Source: a virus. Taken from it: a DNA stretch of 41,797 bases. This document shows positions 15,119 to 23,780 of this stretch, piece after piece; the stretch's first letter is position 1; every line of letters starts with the position of its first letter. Made by a program: the position numbers and the translations under genes. The notes below the pieces were generated by a model, which ran no database searches, was not told where the DNA came from, and was given only the letters and a program-made list of their open reading frames with translations. Location: positions 1 to 41,797 of IMG/VR virus record IMGVR_UViG_3300046714_000079; one strand, written 5' to 3'.

Positions 15119-15583
15119 ATGGCAACTGTCAGCGCCACGCGCGCATCCTCTACGTTCCCGGTTCCCGGCTCCAATGTGGTTCGGGTGGCGTGGGGAACCT
15201 ACACCCACGCCAGCAACCTCGCGGCCACCACCATCATCGAATACTGCCGCATCCCTCGGGGCGCGGTGGTGACCGGTGGCTACTGGAGTGCGGACGACCT
15301 CGACACCAACGGCACCGAGGAGCTCGACATCGACATCGGCTGGGCGGCAAACGGCGTCGACGCTGCCGACCCGGACGGGTTCGGCAACCTCGGCACGCTC
15401 ACGGGTGATGCCAGCGTGCATCTCGCCGCGGCAAGCATCTGGATGCCGCTGCAGAACACGATCATCTCGGGCGGCCCGGTGACGTTCAATGCCGAAACCA
15501 CGCTTCAAGCGGTGATCAACACCGACGCGGCGACGGGCGGCACCGGGCAGTCGAGCCTCGTTGTCTACTTCTACGTGCCGTAA
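15119..15583 (+). CDS. hypothetical virion protein (first of three small A/T/G-rich proteins)
   Basis: 154 aa, follows the capsid gene, ends ...SSLVVYFYVP. Confidence 0.6.
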   Translation: MATVSATRASSTFPVPGSNVVRVAWGTYTHASNLAATTIIEYCRIPRGAVVTGGYWSADDLDTNGTEELDIDIGWAANGVDAADPDGFGNLGTLTGDASVHLAAASIWMPLQNTIISGGPVTFNAETTLQAVINTDAATGGTGQSSLVVYFYVP

Positions 15584-15591
15584 CGGCTCAG

Positions 15592-15613
15592 GGCGGGGCC
15601 TTTGTGCCCCGCC
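15592..15613 (+). terminator. GC-rich stem-loop (8-bp perfect stem, 6-nt loop) without a U-tract
   Basis: ggcggggc ctttgt gccccgcc, 9 nt after the stop of 15119..15583. A possible attenuating terminator or RNA stabiliser. Confidence 0.4.
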
Positions 15614-15638
15614 ACCCCCACACATGAAGGATTGAACA

Positions 15639-16046
15639 ATGGGCACGTCAGCCGTTGCTCCACGCACTCCGCACACCCACCAAGTCCCCTACATGCGGGC
15701 CGCGGTGGCGTACAACACGGTCAATATCGGTGTCGACGGAAAGGTGCCGCTCGGCACGCTTCCTGCCGGCGCGATCATCACGTATGCGCTGGTCAAGATC
15801 AACACGCCGTTCAACGCCGCGACCACCAACGTTCTCACCGTAGGCACGGCGACCAGTAATGCCGCGGTGCTGACTGCGGCAGACATCAACGAATCCGTAG
15901 CGGGCACGACCATCACCTGGGCCGCCGCCGGCTACAAGGTGACCGACGCAACGCCGCTGTTTGTCGTCTACACGCAGACCGGCACCGCGGCGTCGGCCGG
16001 CGCCGCCGACATCATCATCCACTTTGTCCCGAACAACGATCGCTAG
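15639..16046 (+). CDS. hypothetical virion protein (second of three)
   Basis: 135 aa behind GAAGGA, ends ...ADIIIHFVPNNDR. Confidence 0.55.
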   Translation: MGTSAVAPRTPHTHQVPYMRAAVAYNTVNIGVDGKVPLGTLPAGAIITYALVKINTPFNAATTNVLTVGTATSNAAVLTAADINESVAGTTITWAAAGYKVTDATPLFVVYTQTGTAASAGAADIIIHFVPNNDR

Positions 16047-16057
16047 GAGCAAAACCC

Positions 16058-16528
16058 ATGCCTGTCTTTACAGGAGTCGACGGCATCCCCGGCGTGACTG
16101 TCTCGGGCGCCTCGATCCTCACCAACGGAATGACCGTCTTCACGATCGCGGGCGGGTTCATTCGCATCACCGACCTGTTCTCGGAAAACGTGGTCGACTC
16201 GGATGCTGCCGCTTCCACCATCCAGTGGAGCGCGGACGGCACGCTGGGCTCGGCAACGACCATCACGGCGGCTTCGGCCTCCACGGCATCGGTCGCGCCG
16301 GGCGGCATCGTGAACTGCGACTTCACCACGATCAACACGGCGCCTGTGATCGCGGCCAACGGCGTTGCGCTTCAGGGGCCGACCACATCGACGGGCGGCA
16401 GCGTCATCATCCCGGCCGGCATTCTCAAGCTGGTCATCGGCGGCGCCGACACCACCACCACGACCTGGCGGCACATCATCCGATGGATTCCGCTGGCGCC
16501 GAACGTGACTGTCGTGGCGGCATTCTAA
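16058..16528 (+). CDS. hypothetical virion protein (third of three)
   Basis: 156 aa, ends ...WRHIIRWIPLAPNVTVVAAF. Confidence 0.55.
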   Translation: MPVFTGVDGIPGVTVSGASILTNGMTVFTIAGGFIRITDLFSENVVDSDAAASTIQWSADGTLGSATTITAASASTASVAPGGIVNCDFTTINTAPVIAANGVALQGPTTSTGGSVIIPAGILKLVIGGADTTTTTWRHIIRWIPLAPNVTVVAAF

Positions 16529-16531
16529 GCC

Positions 16532-16873
16532 ATGACTGCCAAGACCTCGACACATCTTGCCAACCGCGCGCTGGACAAGCTGCTTGTCGTCGGTCTTGGC
16601 CAGTCGCCCGACGACGAGGACACCGCGAAGGCGCTCGACAAGTACGAGGCGTTCCGGGAGTTCATTTCCTCGATCGATGTTTTCTCGATCGCGGACGACG
16701 ACGACATCGACCTTGCGGCGTTCGAATGGCTGGCGACGTATTTCGCGTATTTCCTCGCCAATGACTTCGGCAAGCCGCAAGAGGACGGCATGCGCGTTGC
16801 TGCTGAGTACAATTTGCGGCGCATCACGGCAGGAAAGCCGAGCGGTGAAGTCCTGCGCTCGGAATACTTCTGA
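16532..16873 (+). CDS. putative head-tail adaptor / head completion protein
   Basis: 113-aa acidic protein directly upstream of the gp10-like gene. Called on position (equivalent to P22 gp4). Confidence 0.35.
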   Translation: MTAKTSTHLANRALDKLLVVGLGQSPDDEDTAKALDKYEAFREFISSIDVFSIADDDDIDLAAFEWLATYFAYFLANDFGKPQEDGMRVAAEYNLRRITAGKPSGEVLRSEYF

Positions 16874-18303
16874 TGTCCGCGATCGTCTTCCCCGTCTCAT
16901 CCGCCCCCGGCGCGCATCAGCAGAGCGGAGCTGGCCGGCTGATCAACGCCTACGCGGTGAAAACGGATCAAGGGGCACGCTCTCCCATCCGCTGGCAGCG
17001 TTCGGCCGGGTCGCGTGAACTTCTCGACATCACCGGGCATTCGCATTGCCGGGGCTTTATCTATGTGGGCTCGACGCTGATCGTTGTGCTGGACGAGCGC
17101 GTCTATGCGGTGACGCTCTCGGGAGTTACGTTCTCTGCCACGAACCTGGGCGCGCTTGCCGGTTCCGACAAGGTGACGATCGCGCGCAACAATGCCGCAA
17201 CCCCTAATATCGTCCTGACGTGTGACGCTGGGACATTCAACCTGTTCACAGACTCGGCGCCGACGAGCTTTGCGGACGGTGATCTTCCCTCCTCGAATAG
17301 CTGCACCAGCCTGAACGGATACATCATCTTCAGCACGGGCTCCGGTGAAATCTGGTCGACCGGGCTCAACGGAGTGACGGTTGCGAGCGATGCCGACACG
17401 AACGCGCAGATCAAGCCGGATGGGCTGCGCCGGGTGGTGGCGTTCCGCGGCGAGTTGTTTGCGATGGGCGATGACAGCATTCAGGTCTATGAGGAAACGG
17501 GCGATGACCCGTTCCCGCTGCGATACAAGAAGATCACCATTCCGCGCGGCATTTGCGGCACACATGCCGTGGCGGGCTGGGAAGACGGCTGGGCGAATGA
17601 GCTGATATGGGCCGGCGAGGACAACATCGTTTACAAGCTCGATGGCTACGCAGCGGCGCCGATTTCCAATGAGGCCGTGACCCGGGCGATTGCCGGGGCG
17701 GCCGACCGAACGCTGATCGAGGCTTCGGTTTACATGGAAGGCCCCTATGCGATCTGGAGCTTGACCAGCCCTGACGAGTGGACGTGGGAATACAACGTGA
17801 CCACGGGAAACTGGCACGAGCGGGAATCCGGAGAGCGCGACGACACGCGGGCGCGCTGCTCGGTCAAGGCGTTCAACCGCTGGGTTGTCGGGGATGCGAC
17901 GACCGGCAAGCTTGCCTCGAAAGACGTGAACTACCGCAAGGAATACAACGACGCGCTGATCTGGCAAGTCGAGAGCGGCGACAATGCACATTTTCCTTAT
18001 CCGATCACGATCCCGTCGGCGATGTTTGATTTCGCGGCGGCCGTGGGCAATGCCGCGGGCGAAGATCCTATCGAGACTGATCCTGTGGTGATGATCTCGT
18101 GGTCGCGCGACGGCGGCTATCGGTGGGAGAATGAACTGAGGCGAGCGCTCGGGGCGCAAGGCGAGAGCGGCAGGCTTGTGCGGGTGAACTGCGCGACGAC
18201 GACGAAATCCAAGGGCATCCGGTTCCGGCTTCGTGTGTCCGATCCTGTGTTTGTCGGATTCATGGGCGGCGAGATGCCTGATGTGGCGGCGAGGGCGGCC
18301 TAA
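16873..18303 (+). CDS. P22 gp10-like tail hub / packaged-DNA stabilisation protein
   Basis: 476 aa (P22 gp10 is 472 aa), beta-rich with repeated blade-like segments. Synteny is portal...gp4-like, gp10-like, ejection proteins. Confidence 0.5.
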   Translation: MSAIVFPVSSAPGAHQQSGAGRLINAYAVKTDQGARSPIRWQRSAGSRELLDITGHSHCRGFIYVGSTLIVVLDERVYAVTLSGVTFSATNLGALAGSDKVTIARNNAATPNIVLTCDAGTFNLFTDSAPTSFADGDLPSSNSCTSLNGYIIFSTGSGEIWSTGLNGVTVASDADTNAQIKPDGLRRVVAFRGELFAMGDDSIQVYEETGDDPFPLRYKKITIPRGICGTHAVAGWEDGWANELIWAGEDNIVYKLDGYAAAPISNEAVTRAIAGAADRTLIEASVYMEGPYAIWSLTSPDEWTWEYNVTTGNWHERESGERDDTRARCSVKAFNRWVVGDATTGKLASKDVNYRKEYNDALIWQVESGDNAHFPYPITIPSAMFDFAAAVGNAAGEDPIETDPVVMISWSRDGGYRWENELRRALGAQGESGRLVRVNCATTTKSKGIRFRLRVSDPVFVGFMGGEMPDVAARAA

Positions 18304-18468
18304 ATGCCCTACACCCTCGAGCTCCGCGAAGTCCCGTCCTTTCCCGCAGCTCAAGGCAAGATCGCAAATCCTGACGGCACGCCAACGAGAGAATACGTGA
18401 CCTGGCTCCGGGAGTTGGAGGCGTGGATGGAACGTGTTCAAGCGGCGTTGGACGAATTGGAGCCGTAA
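18304..18468 (+). CDS. small hypothetical protein (54 aa)
   Basis: Hand-translated as MPYTLELREVPSFPAAQGKIANPDGTPTREYVTWLRELEAWMERVQAALDELEP. It exactly fills the gap (TAAATG on both sides). Confidence 0.55.
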   Translation: MPYTLELREVPSFPAAQGKIANPDGTPTREYVTWLRELEAWMERVQAALDELEP

Positions 18469-19524
18469 ATGGGCATCTTCGATATCTTCACAGGCGCTCC
18501 CGTCATCGATGCGGCCAACCAGAACCGCGCCCAACTCCAAGGCGCACAGGGTGAGATCGGCAACATTGCCGACATCACCCGCCGCTACAGCGAGGACGCG
18601 CTTCGGCAGGGCTACGGCGGTGCGCGGCAGGACTTGACCACCGGCTATGGTGCCTCGACCGGCGCGATCAATCAGGGTGCGGCGGGCGCTCAAGGCTACC
18701 TCGACCAAGGCCAGCAGGGCGCCTTTGGGCAACTCGGACAGGCACGTTCCGACCTGACGGCCAATGGTGGGGCGTATGCTCCGCTAACCGCTCTGGCGCA
18801 GCGCTACGGGCAGGGCGGGCAGCTCTACGGTGACTCGCTCGGCATCAACGGGGCTGCGGGCAACCAGAGGGCGGTCGGCGCCTTTCAGGCCGGGCCGGGA
18901 TACGACTTCACGCTCAACCAGGGCATCGATGCGGTCAACCGGCGGGCCAACGCCGCTGGCATGCTGGTCGGCGGCAATGCAAACCGCTCGGCGATCGACT
19001 ACGCGACGGGGCTTGCCAACCAGACCTACGGCGACTGGCAGAACCGCCTCAAGGGGATGAGCGATCAGGAACTCGCGGCGACCGGCGCGGCGGCCTCGGG
19101 CAACCAGGCCAACAACACCACGCTTGCCGGGCTTGGGGTTCAGGGCGCCAACCTGGCGAACAGCGGCGGCGTTGCTCGAGCGGGTGTTGCGACCGGGCAG
19201 GGCCAGAACCTCTCCGACATCGCGCGCAATTATTACGGCGGGCAGGCCGGCCTTGACACTGGAGAAGGCGGCGCGCTCGCGGGCAACATGAACAACACCA
19301 GCAATTGGCTGGTCAATTCGCAGATGAACCTCTCGCCGCAGATCGGCAAGACGTTCATGGATGCGGGGAATGCGCAGATGGCCGGATCGCAGAACCTCTG
19401 GAACTTTGGGCTCAATGCAGCAAAACTTGCGGCGGGTGCTGGCGGCTCGGCGGCGGGCAGCGGCGCAAGCGGCAGTTCATTCCTCCCGTCGTCATCCTTC
19501 ATGAATAATAGCTGGGGCTGGTAG
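18469..19524 (+). CDS. G/Q/N/A-rich internal virion (ejection) or needle-like protein
   Basis: 351 aa, low complexity, N-terminus MGIFDIF. Position is equivalent to the P22 gp26/gp14/gp7 region. Confidence 0.45.
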   Translation: MGIFDIFTGAPVIDAANQNRAQLQGAQGEIGNIADITRRYSEDALRQGYGGARQDLTTGYGASTGAINQGAAGAQGYLDQGQQGAFGQLGQARSDLTANGGAYAPLTALAQRYGQGGQLYGDSLGINGAAGNQRAVGAFQAGPGYDFTLNQGIDAVNRRANAAGMLVGGNANRSAIDYATGLANQTYGDWQNRLKGMSDQELAATGAAASGNQANNTTLAGLGVQGANLANSGGVARAGVATGQGQNLSDIARNYYGGQAGLDTGEGGALAGNMNNTSNWLVNSQMNLSPQIGKTFMDAGNAQMAGSQNLWNFGLNAAKLAAGAGGSAAGSGASGSSFLPSSSFMNNSWGW

Positions 19525-19526
19525 CC

Positions 19527-21005
19527 ATGGCAGGCTTCGGCGTCGACTTTTCCCCGCTCGGCGATCTCTACAACACCTATCAGCAGTCGCGGCAAAGAGC
19601 CGTGCGTGACCAGGTGCTCGGATCGCTCGGGCAGGGGACAGGTCCGCTCGACTACGGCGCGGCATCGAAGGCATTGCTTGCGGCCGGAGATACCGAGGGC
19701 GGACTTTCGCTCGCGAAATTGGCGCAACAGCAGTATCTCACGTCGCCGGAATACATCACACAATCGGAAACTGCGAAGGCGAAGGTTGCGGCAGACTATG
19801 CCCCGAAGACTTTCGAGGTCAGCGTGCCCGGCGCGTTCGGCGAGACGGTCAAGCAGACTGTGGAAAAGGGGCCGAACGGATATCGTGCAATTAATGTGCA
19901 GCCGGCGCCAGGTATGACCGACGCCTCGGGCGCACCCATGGCGAGCGGCGGCCCAACCAGCGCCTATCTTGCTCCCGGCATTGCGAAGGTGAACTCGGGC
20001 TTGAGTGGAGAAGCCTATCTCGGGCAGTTTTCACCGGAGGTGAAGGCCGCTGTTAAGAACTATCTTGACGGCAACACGATGCCGACGGGCAATCCGCGCC
20101 AGCAGGGCCTTGCCAACATCGCCAAGACGATCGCCCAAAAATATGGCCCGGAGGTCGGCGTTCCTGCGGATGATGCCGCGTTTGCGGCGCGCCGCAAGAT
20201 GCTGGTCGATCTTGCCGCGTCGTCGCCCAACTCTACCGGGGGCATCATCTCGAACGGCAAAAGCGCCTTCGAACATCTCGCCAATCTGTCCGACAAGATG
20301 ATCGATCTCGGCAACTACAGTTTCAATGTGCCGTTTGGCGGCCCCGCCGCACAGGCGGCAAACTACATCGGAAATGTCGTTGCGCCGACCAGCGAAACCA
20401 AGGGCAAGATCACTTCCTTCGGCGACAACGCTCTCAAATACGGCCAAGAGGCAACGAAGTTCTACGCCGGATCTGGCGGCGGCGAGGGAGAGCGCATGGC
20501 CGCGCTGCGCACGCTCGACCCGACAAAGTCCTCATCGGAAGAGCAGGCCGGTTATCTCCAGACTGAAAAGGAGTTGATGCTCGGCCGACTGCGCGCGAAA
20601 GAAGCTCAAATCCGCGACACGCTTGGCCAAGGGTATCTGGACCGCCATCCGGTAATGACGCCTGATCTCTCGGATGTCTTGAATAAGATCGACGCCAACA
20701 TGGCCAAACTGCGCGGCCAGCAACCCCCACCTCCCGTCGAGTATGCACCAAAGTCGGCCCCACCGCCTGCGCCGCAAACTCAGGCCCAGCCCGACCCCAA
20801 CGCATGGAAGAACCGCGATACGATCACTGCGGCTCGTTCCAACCCGCAACAGGCCATCGCTGAAGCGCAAGCCGCCATCAAGGCCGGCGCTGATCCGAAA
20901 GTGGTGATGCAGCGACTTCAGGCCATCGGCATCCCGATCGGCCAGCAGGCGCCTCAGCAACAGGCACCCCAGATGGCCCCGGGTTCGGCAGGGGCGATCT
21001 ACTGA
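19527..21005 (+). CDS. internal virion / ejection protein
   Basis: 492 aa, N-terminus MAGFGVDF, Pro/Gln-rich C-terminus. Position is equivalent to P22 gp20. Confidence 0.45.
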   Translation: MAGFGVDFSPLGDLYNTYQQSRQRAVRDQVLGSLGQGTGPLDYGAASKALLAAGDTEGGLSLAKLAQQQYLTSPEYITQSETAKAKVAADYAPKTFEVSVPGAFGETVKQTVEKGPNGYRAINVQPAPGMTDASGAPMASGGPTSAYLAPGIAKVNSGLSGEAYLGQFSPEVKAAVKNYLDGNTMPTGNPRQQGLANIAKTIAQKYGPEVGVPADDAAFAARRKMLVDLAASSPNSTGGIISNGKSAFEHLANLSDKMIDLGNYSFNVPFGGPAAQAANYIGNVVAPTSETKGKITSFGDNALKYGQEATKFYAGSGGGEGERMAALRTLDPTKSSSEEQAGYLQTEKELMLGRLRAKEAQIRDTLGQGYLDRHPVMTPDLSDVLNKIDANMAKLRGQQPPPPVEYAPKSAPPPAPQTQAQPDPNAWKNRDTITAARSNPQQAIAEAQAAIKAGADPKVVMQRLQAIGIPIGQQAPQQQAPQMAPGSAGAIY

Positions 21006-23683
21006 TGGGCCTGTTTGACGATCTCATCCCCTCGCAATCCGCGGGGCCTCCAGCTGCGCCCAGCCTCGATCCGCGCTCGCGCGAGCTTGCCATCCGCACC
21101 GTGCTTGGCGAGGCCGCCAATGAGCCGCCGGACGGACAGGCAGGCGTAGCAGCGGTCATCCGCAACCGCATGCAGGCGGGCCGCTACGGCGGGACGGACG
21201 TGCCTCGCGTGGTAACTGCTCCAAGCCAATTCGAGCCGTGGGGAACCGAGGCGGGGCGCCAGCGCATGTTCGGATACTCGCCCGACTCCGAGCCGTACAA
21301 AAACGCTGCTGCCGCGGTCGATCGCGTGTTCGGCGAGGGCTACGACCCGACCAATGGCGCAACGCACTTCTACTCCCCGACCGCACAGGCAGCGCTCGGG
21401 CGTCAGCCTCCGCAATGGGCGCAGGGGCAGGAACCGCAGAACATCGGCCGGCACGCTTTCTACGCTCCCGAGGGGCGCGTGGCCTCGACCGACGTGAGCT
21501 CGCAGGCCCGCCGTCCCGGTGGGCTGTTCGATGATCTGATCCCGGCGGCGCCTCCCGCGACCTCCTCCCAGCCGCCGGAAACTGGCCCGCCAGCAGACGC
21601 CACATCGGCCGACACTGGCGGGCGCTTTACCGACAATCCGGGACAGAACTTCAGGACGGCGCGGGAAGGACAAAGCCCGTCGATGGGCCGGCTTGAGGCG
21701 TTTGTCACTGCCTTGGGCCACGGCGCGAGTGCCAATTGGATCGATGAGATTGCCGGATTGCATGAGGCTGGCATCGCTGGCCTTCCGAAGACCGCTCAAG
21801 CAGCGGCCCCGCCGATCGCCTCCCATCTCATGGGCCTCGCCCGCCTTGGGTACGAGACGCTGACCGGAGAACCCGGCGCGGCAACCGAAGCCTACAAGGA
21901 GACCAGCGAACAAGAGCGCGACCGGATGGAACGGGCGAAGGCGCAATATCCGGGGACTGCCTTGGCTGGACAGATCACTGGCGCGATGGCCGTTCCCGGC
22001 GGTGCCGCGGCCCGTGGCGCGACTTTGGGAGTTCGGGCTGTTCAGGGCGCCAAGGTCGGCGGGCTCATGGGCGCAATTTCTGGGGCTGGTGAAGGTACAG
22101 ACCTTGCAAGCCGGGCGACCGGCGCAGTGACCGGCGGCGCCACCGGGACGGTACTTGGTGCGGTCGCAGCACCCGTTGTTGAGGGCGTTGTGAAGGCAGG
22201 GCAGGCCGTCAGTAGGGCCGCCTCTCCGATTGTCCAGGCTATCCGCGGCGTTCGTGATCCTGAAGCTGAAGCCGCCAGGCGCGTGACTGGCGCGCTTCAG
22301 CGCGACGCACAAACCGGCAGCGCCGGCATGACGCCGGCAGAGTTTGCGGCAGAACGTGCCGCCGGCACTCCCGTCGCGATCGGCGACATGGGCGGTACGG
22401 CGACAAAGGGGCTGGCCCGATCGGCGGCAAATACGTCATCGGAAGGGCGGGCGGCACTCGAGGCCGTCACTAGCGACCGCTACGCCACGCAGAACCCACG
22501 AACCGCGCAATGGCTCAAGGAAACATTCGATTTCCCGGATGCTGGTGCGAAACTCGACCAGATCCAAGAGGCTGCGCGCCGCGCGAATGCTCCAGCCTAT
22601 CGACAGGCATACAAAGAGGGGTCAAAGGGCATCTGGGATGACGGACTGGAACAGTTTTCCCAGGCCCCGGTCATGCAGGATGCCATTCGATCGGCATTTC
22701 TCACGGCGCGCAATCGGGCGGCCGTTGAGGGTGTGCCGCCGGTCCAGAACCCGTTCGTTCTCAACAAGGCAACCGGCGTCTTCGAACTGCAAACCGCGGC
22801 GGATGGCTCGCGGGCGCTGCCCAATCTGCAATTCTGGGATCACGTCAAACGAAATCTCGACGCGGTGAATTCGCCGGAGTCGCGCGCGGCTGCGCAGGCA
22901 TTGCGCGATCATCTCGATCAGATCGTGCCGAGTTACAAAACGGCACGGCAAGGAGCCGCAAATTGGTTCGGTGCCGAAGATACGCTCGATGCCGGAGCGA
23001 AGTTTGCCACCATGAGCGGCCTCGACTCGATAAAGTTGAGCCAGGCCCGCGCGCAAATTGCCAAGATGAGCGAGCCCGACAGAAAGCTGTTTGAAACCGG
23101 CTTTGTATCGAATCTGATCGCGAAGGTGGAAAACCTCAAGGACGGTCAGGATATCGTCAAAAACATCTTCAACTCGGAAATGGCCCGCAAGCAGATCGAG
23201 TCAGCGATCGGCAAGGACAAGGCCGGGCAACTGGAGGCGAGGCTACAGACCGAGCGCGTAATGAACGGCCTGAAGGATGCGCTTGGAAATTCGACTACGG
23301 CACGGCAACTCTACGAATTGGGGATGGCCGGCGCCACGAATCCGTACACACTGGCAGGCGCCGCGGGTGGCATCAGCGCCTACGGCTCGGGCAATGTCGG
23401 TCCCGGCGATGCCTTTGCAGCCGGGCTCGTGTTTGCAGCTCGCAAGGGCCAGATCAAGATCGATGAGCGCATCGCCCGGCATGTCGGAGAGATGCTGGCA
23501 TCGGATGATGCCGGCGTTCTGAAAAAGGGAATGGCCATTGTTGCTCGGAATGACAGCCTGAAGCGGGCGCTACGTCTGTTTGACTTGCCGACCGCTCGCG
23601 TGAGTTCTCAGCAAGCCCCGTCCGCCCTTCCACAGATCCAAGGCCCGATCACAGGCCGCGCCGAAGGCGATCAACAGAACTGA
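21005..23683 (+). CDS. internal virion / ejection protein with an N-terminal SleB-type cell-wall hydrolase domain
   Basis: RTVLGEAANEPPDGQAGVAAVIRNRMQAGRYGGTDVPRVVTAPSQFEPW...NGATHFYSP matches the SleB/CwlJ (Hydrolase_2) pattern. 892 aa. The GLFDDLIP motif occurs twice. Confidence 0.75.
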   Translation: MGLFDDLIPSQSAGPPAAPSLDPRSRELAIRTVLGEAANEPPDGQAGVAAVIRNRMQAGRYGGTDVPRVVTAPSQFEPWGTEAGRQRMFGYSPDSEPYKNAAAAVDRVFGEGYDPTNGATHFYSPTAQAALGRQPPQWAQGQEPQNIGRHAFYAPEGRVASTDVSSQARRPGGLFDDLIPAAPPATSSQPPETGPPADATSADTGGRFTDNPGQNFRTAREGQSPSMGRLEAFVTALGHGASANWIDEIAGLHEAGIAGLPKTAQAAAPPIASHLMGLARLGYETLTGEPGAATEAYKETSEQERDRMERAKAQYPGTALAGQITGAMAVPGGAAARGATLGVRAVQGAKVGGLMGAISGAGEGTDLASRATGAVTGGATGTVLGAVAAPVVEGVVKAGQAVSRAASPIVQAIRGVRDPEAEAARRVTGALQRDAQTGSAGMTPAEFAAERAAGTPVAIGDMGGTATKGLARSAANTSSEGRAALEAVTSDRYATQNPRTAQWLKETFDFPDAGAKLDQIQEAARRANAPAYRQAYKEGSKGIWDDGLEQFSQAPVMQDAIRSAFLTARNRAAVEGVPPVQNPFVLNKATGVFELQTAADGSRALPNLQFWDHVKRNLDAVNSPESRAAAQALRDHLDQIVPSYKTARQGAANWFGAEDTLDAGAKFATMSGLDSIKLSQARAQIAKMSEPDRKLFETGFVSNLIAKVENLKDGQDIVKNIFNSEMARKQIESAIGKDKAGQLEARLQTERVMNGLKDALGNSTTARQLYELGMAGATNPYTLAGAAGGISAYGSGNVGPGDAFAAGLVFAARKGQIKIDERIARHVGEMLASDDAGVLKKGMAIVARNDSLKRALRLFDLPTARVSSQQAPSALPQIQGPITGRAEGDQQN

Positions 23684-23731
23684 CCATGGATACGCGGTAA
23701 GCGTCCACGCCATCACGCAATAGACCAGCAG

Positions 23732-23756
23732 GGCCGTCCTTCGGGGCGGCCTTTTT
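23732..23756 (+). terminator. Rho-independent terminator
   Basis: ggccgtcc TTCG gggcggcc (8-bp stem with one G-U pair, UUCG loop) followed by TTTTT. Lies between the ejection-protein gene and the fibre genes. Confidence 0.75.
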
Positions 23757-23780
23757 CTATAGGAGGCGGCCATCGGTATC

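Noticed and set aside
16897-18732. 611-aa ORF on the minus strand, antisense to the gp10-like gene
   Set aside because: Arg/Gly/Ala/Pro-rich low-complexity translation with no start context. This is a typical shadow ORF of a high-GC coding region. The plus-strand gene has strong GC3 bias, synteny and tight coupling.
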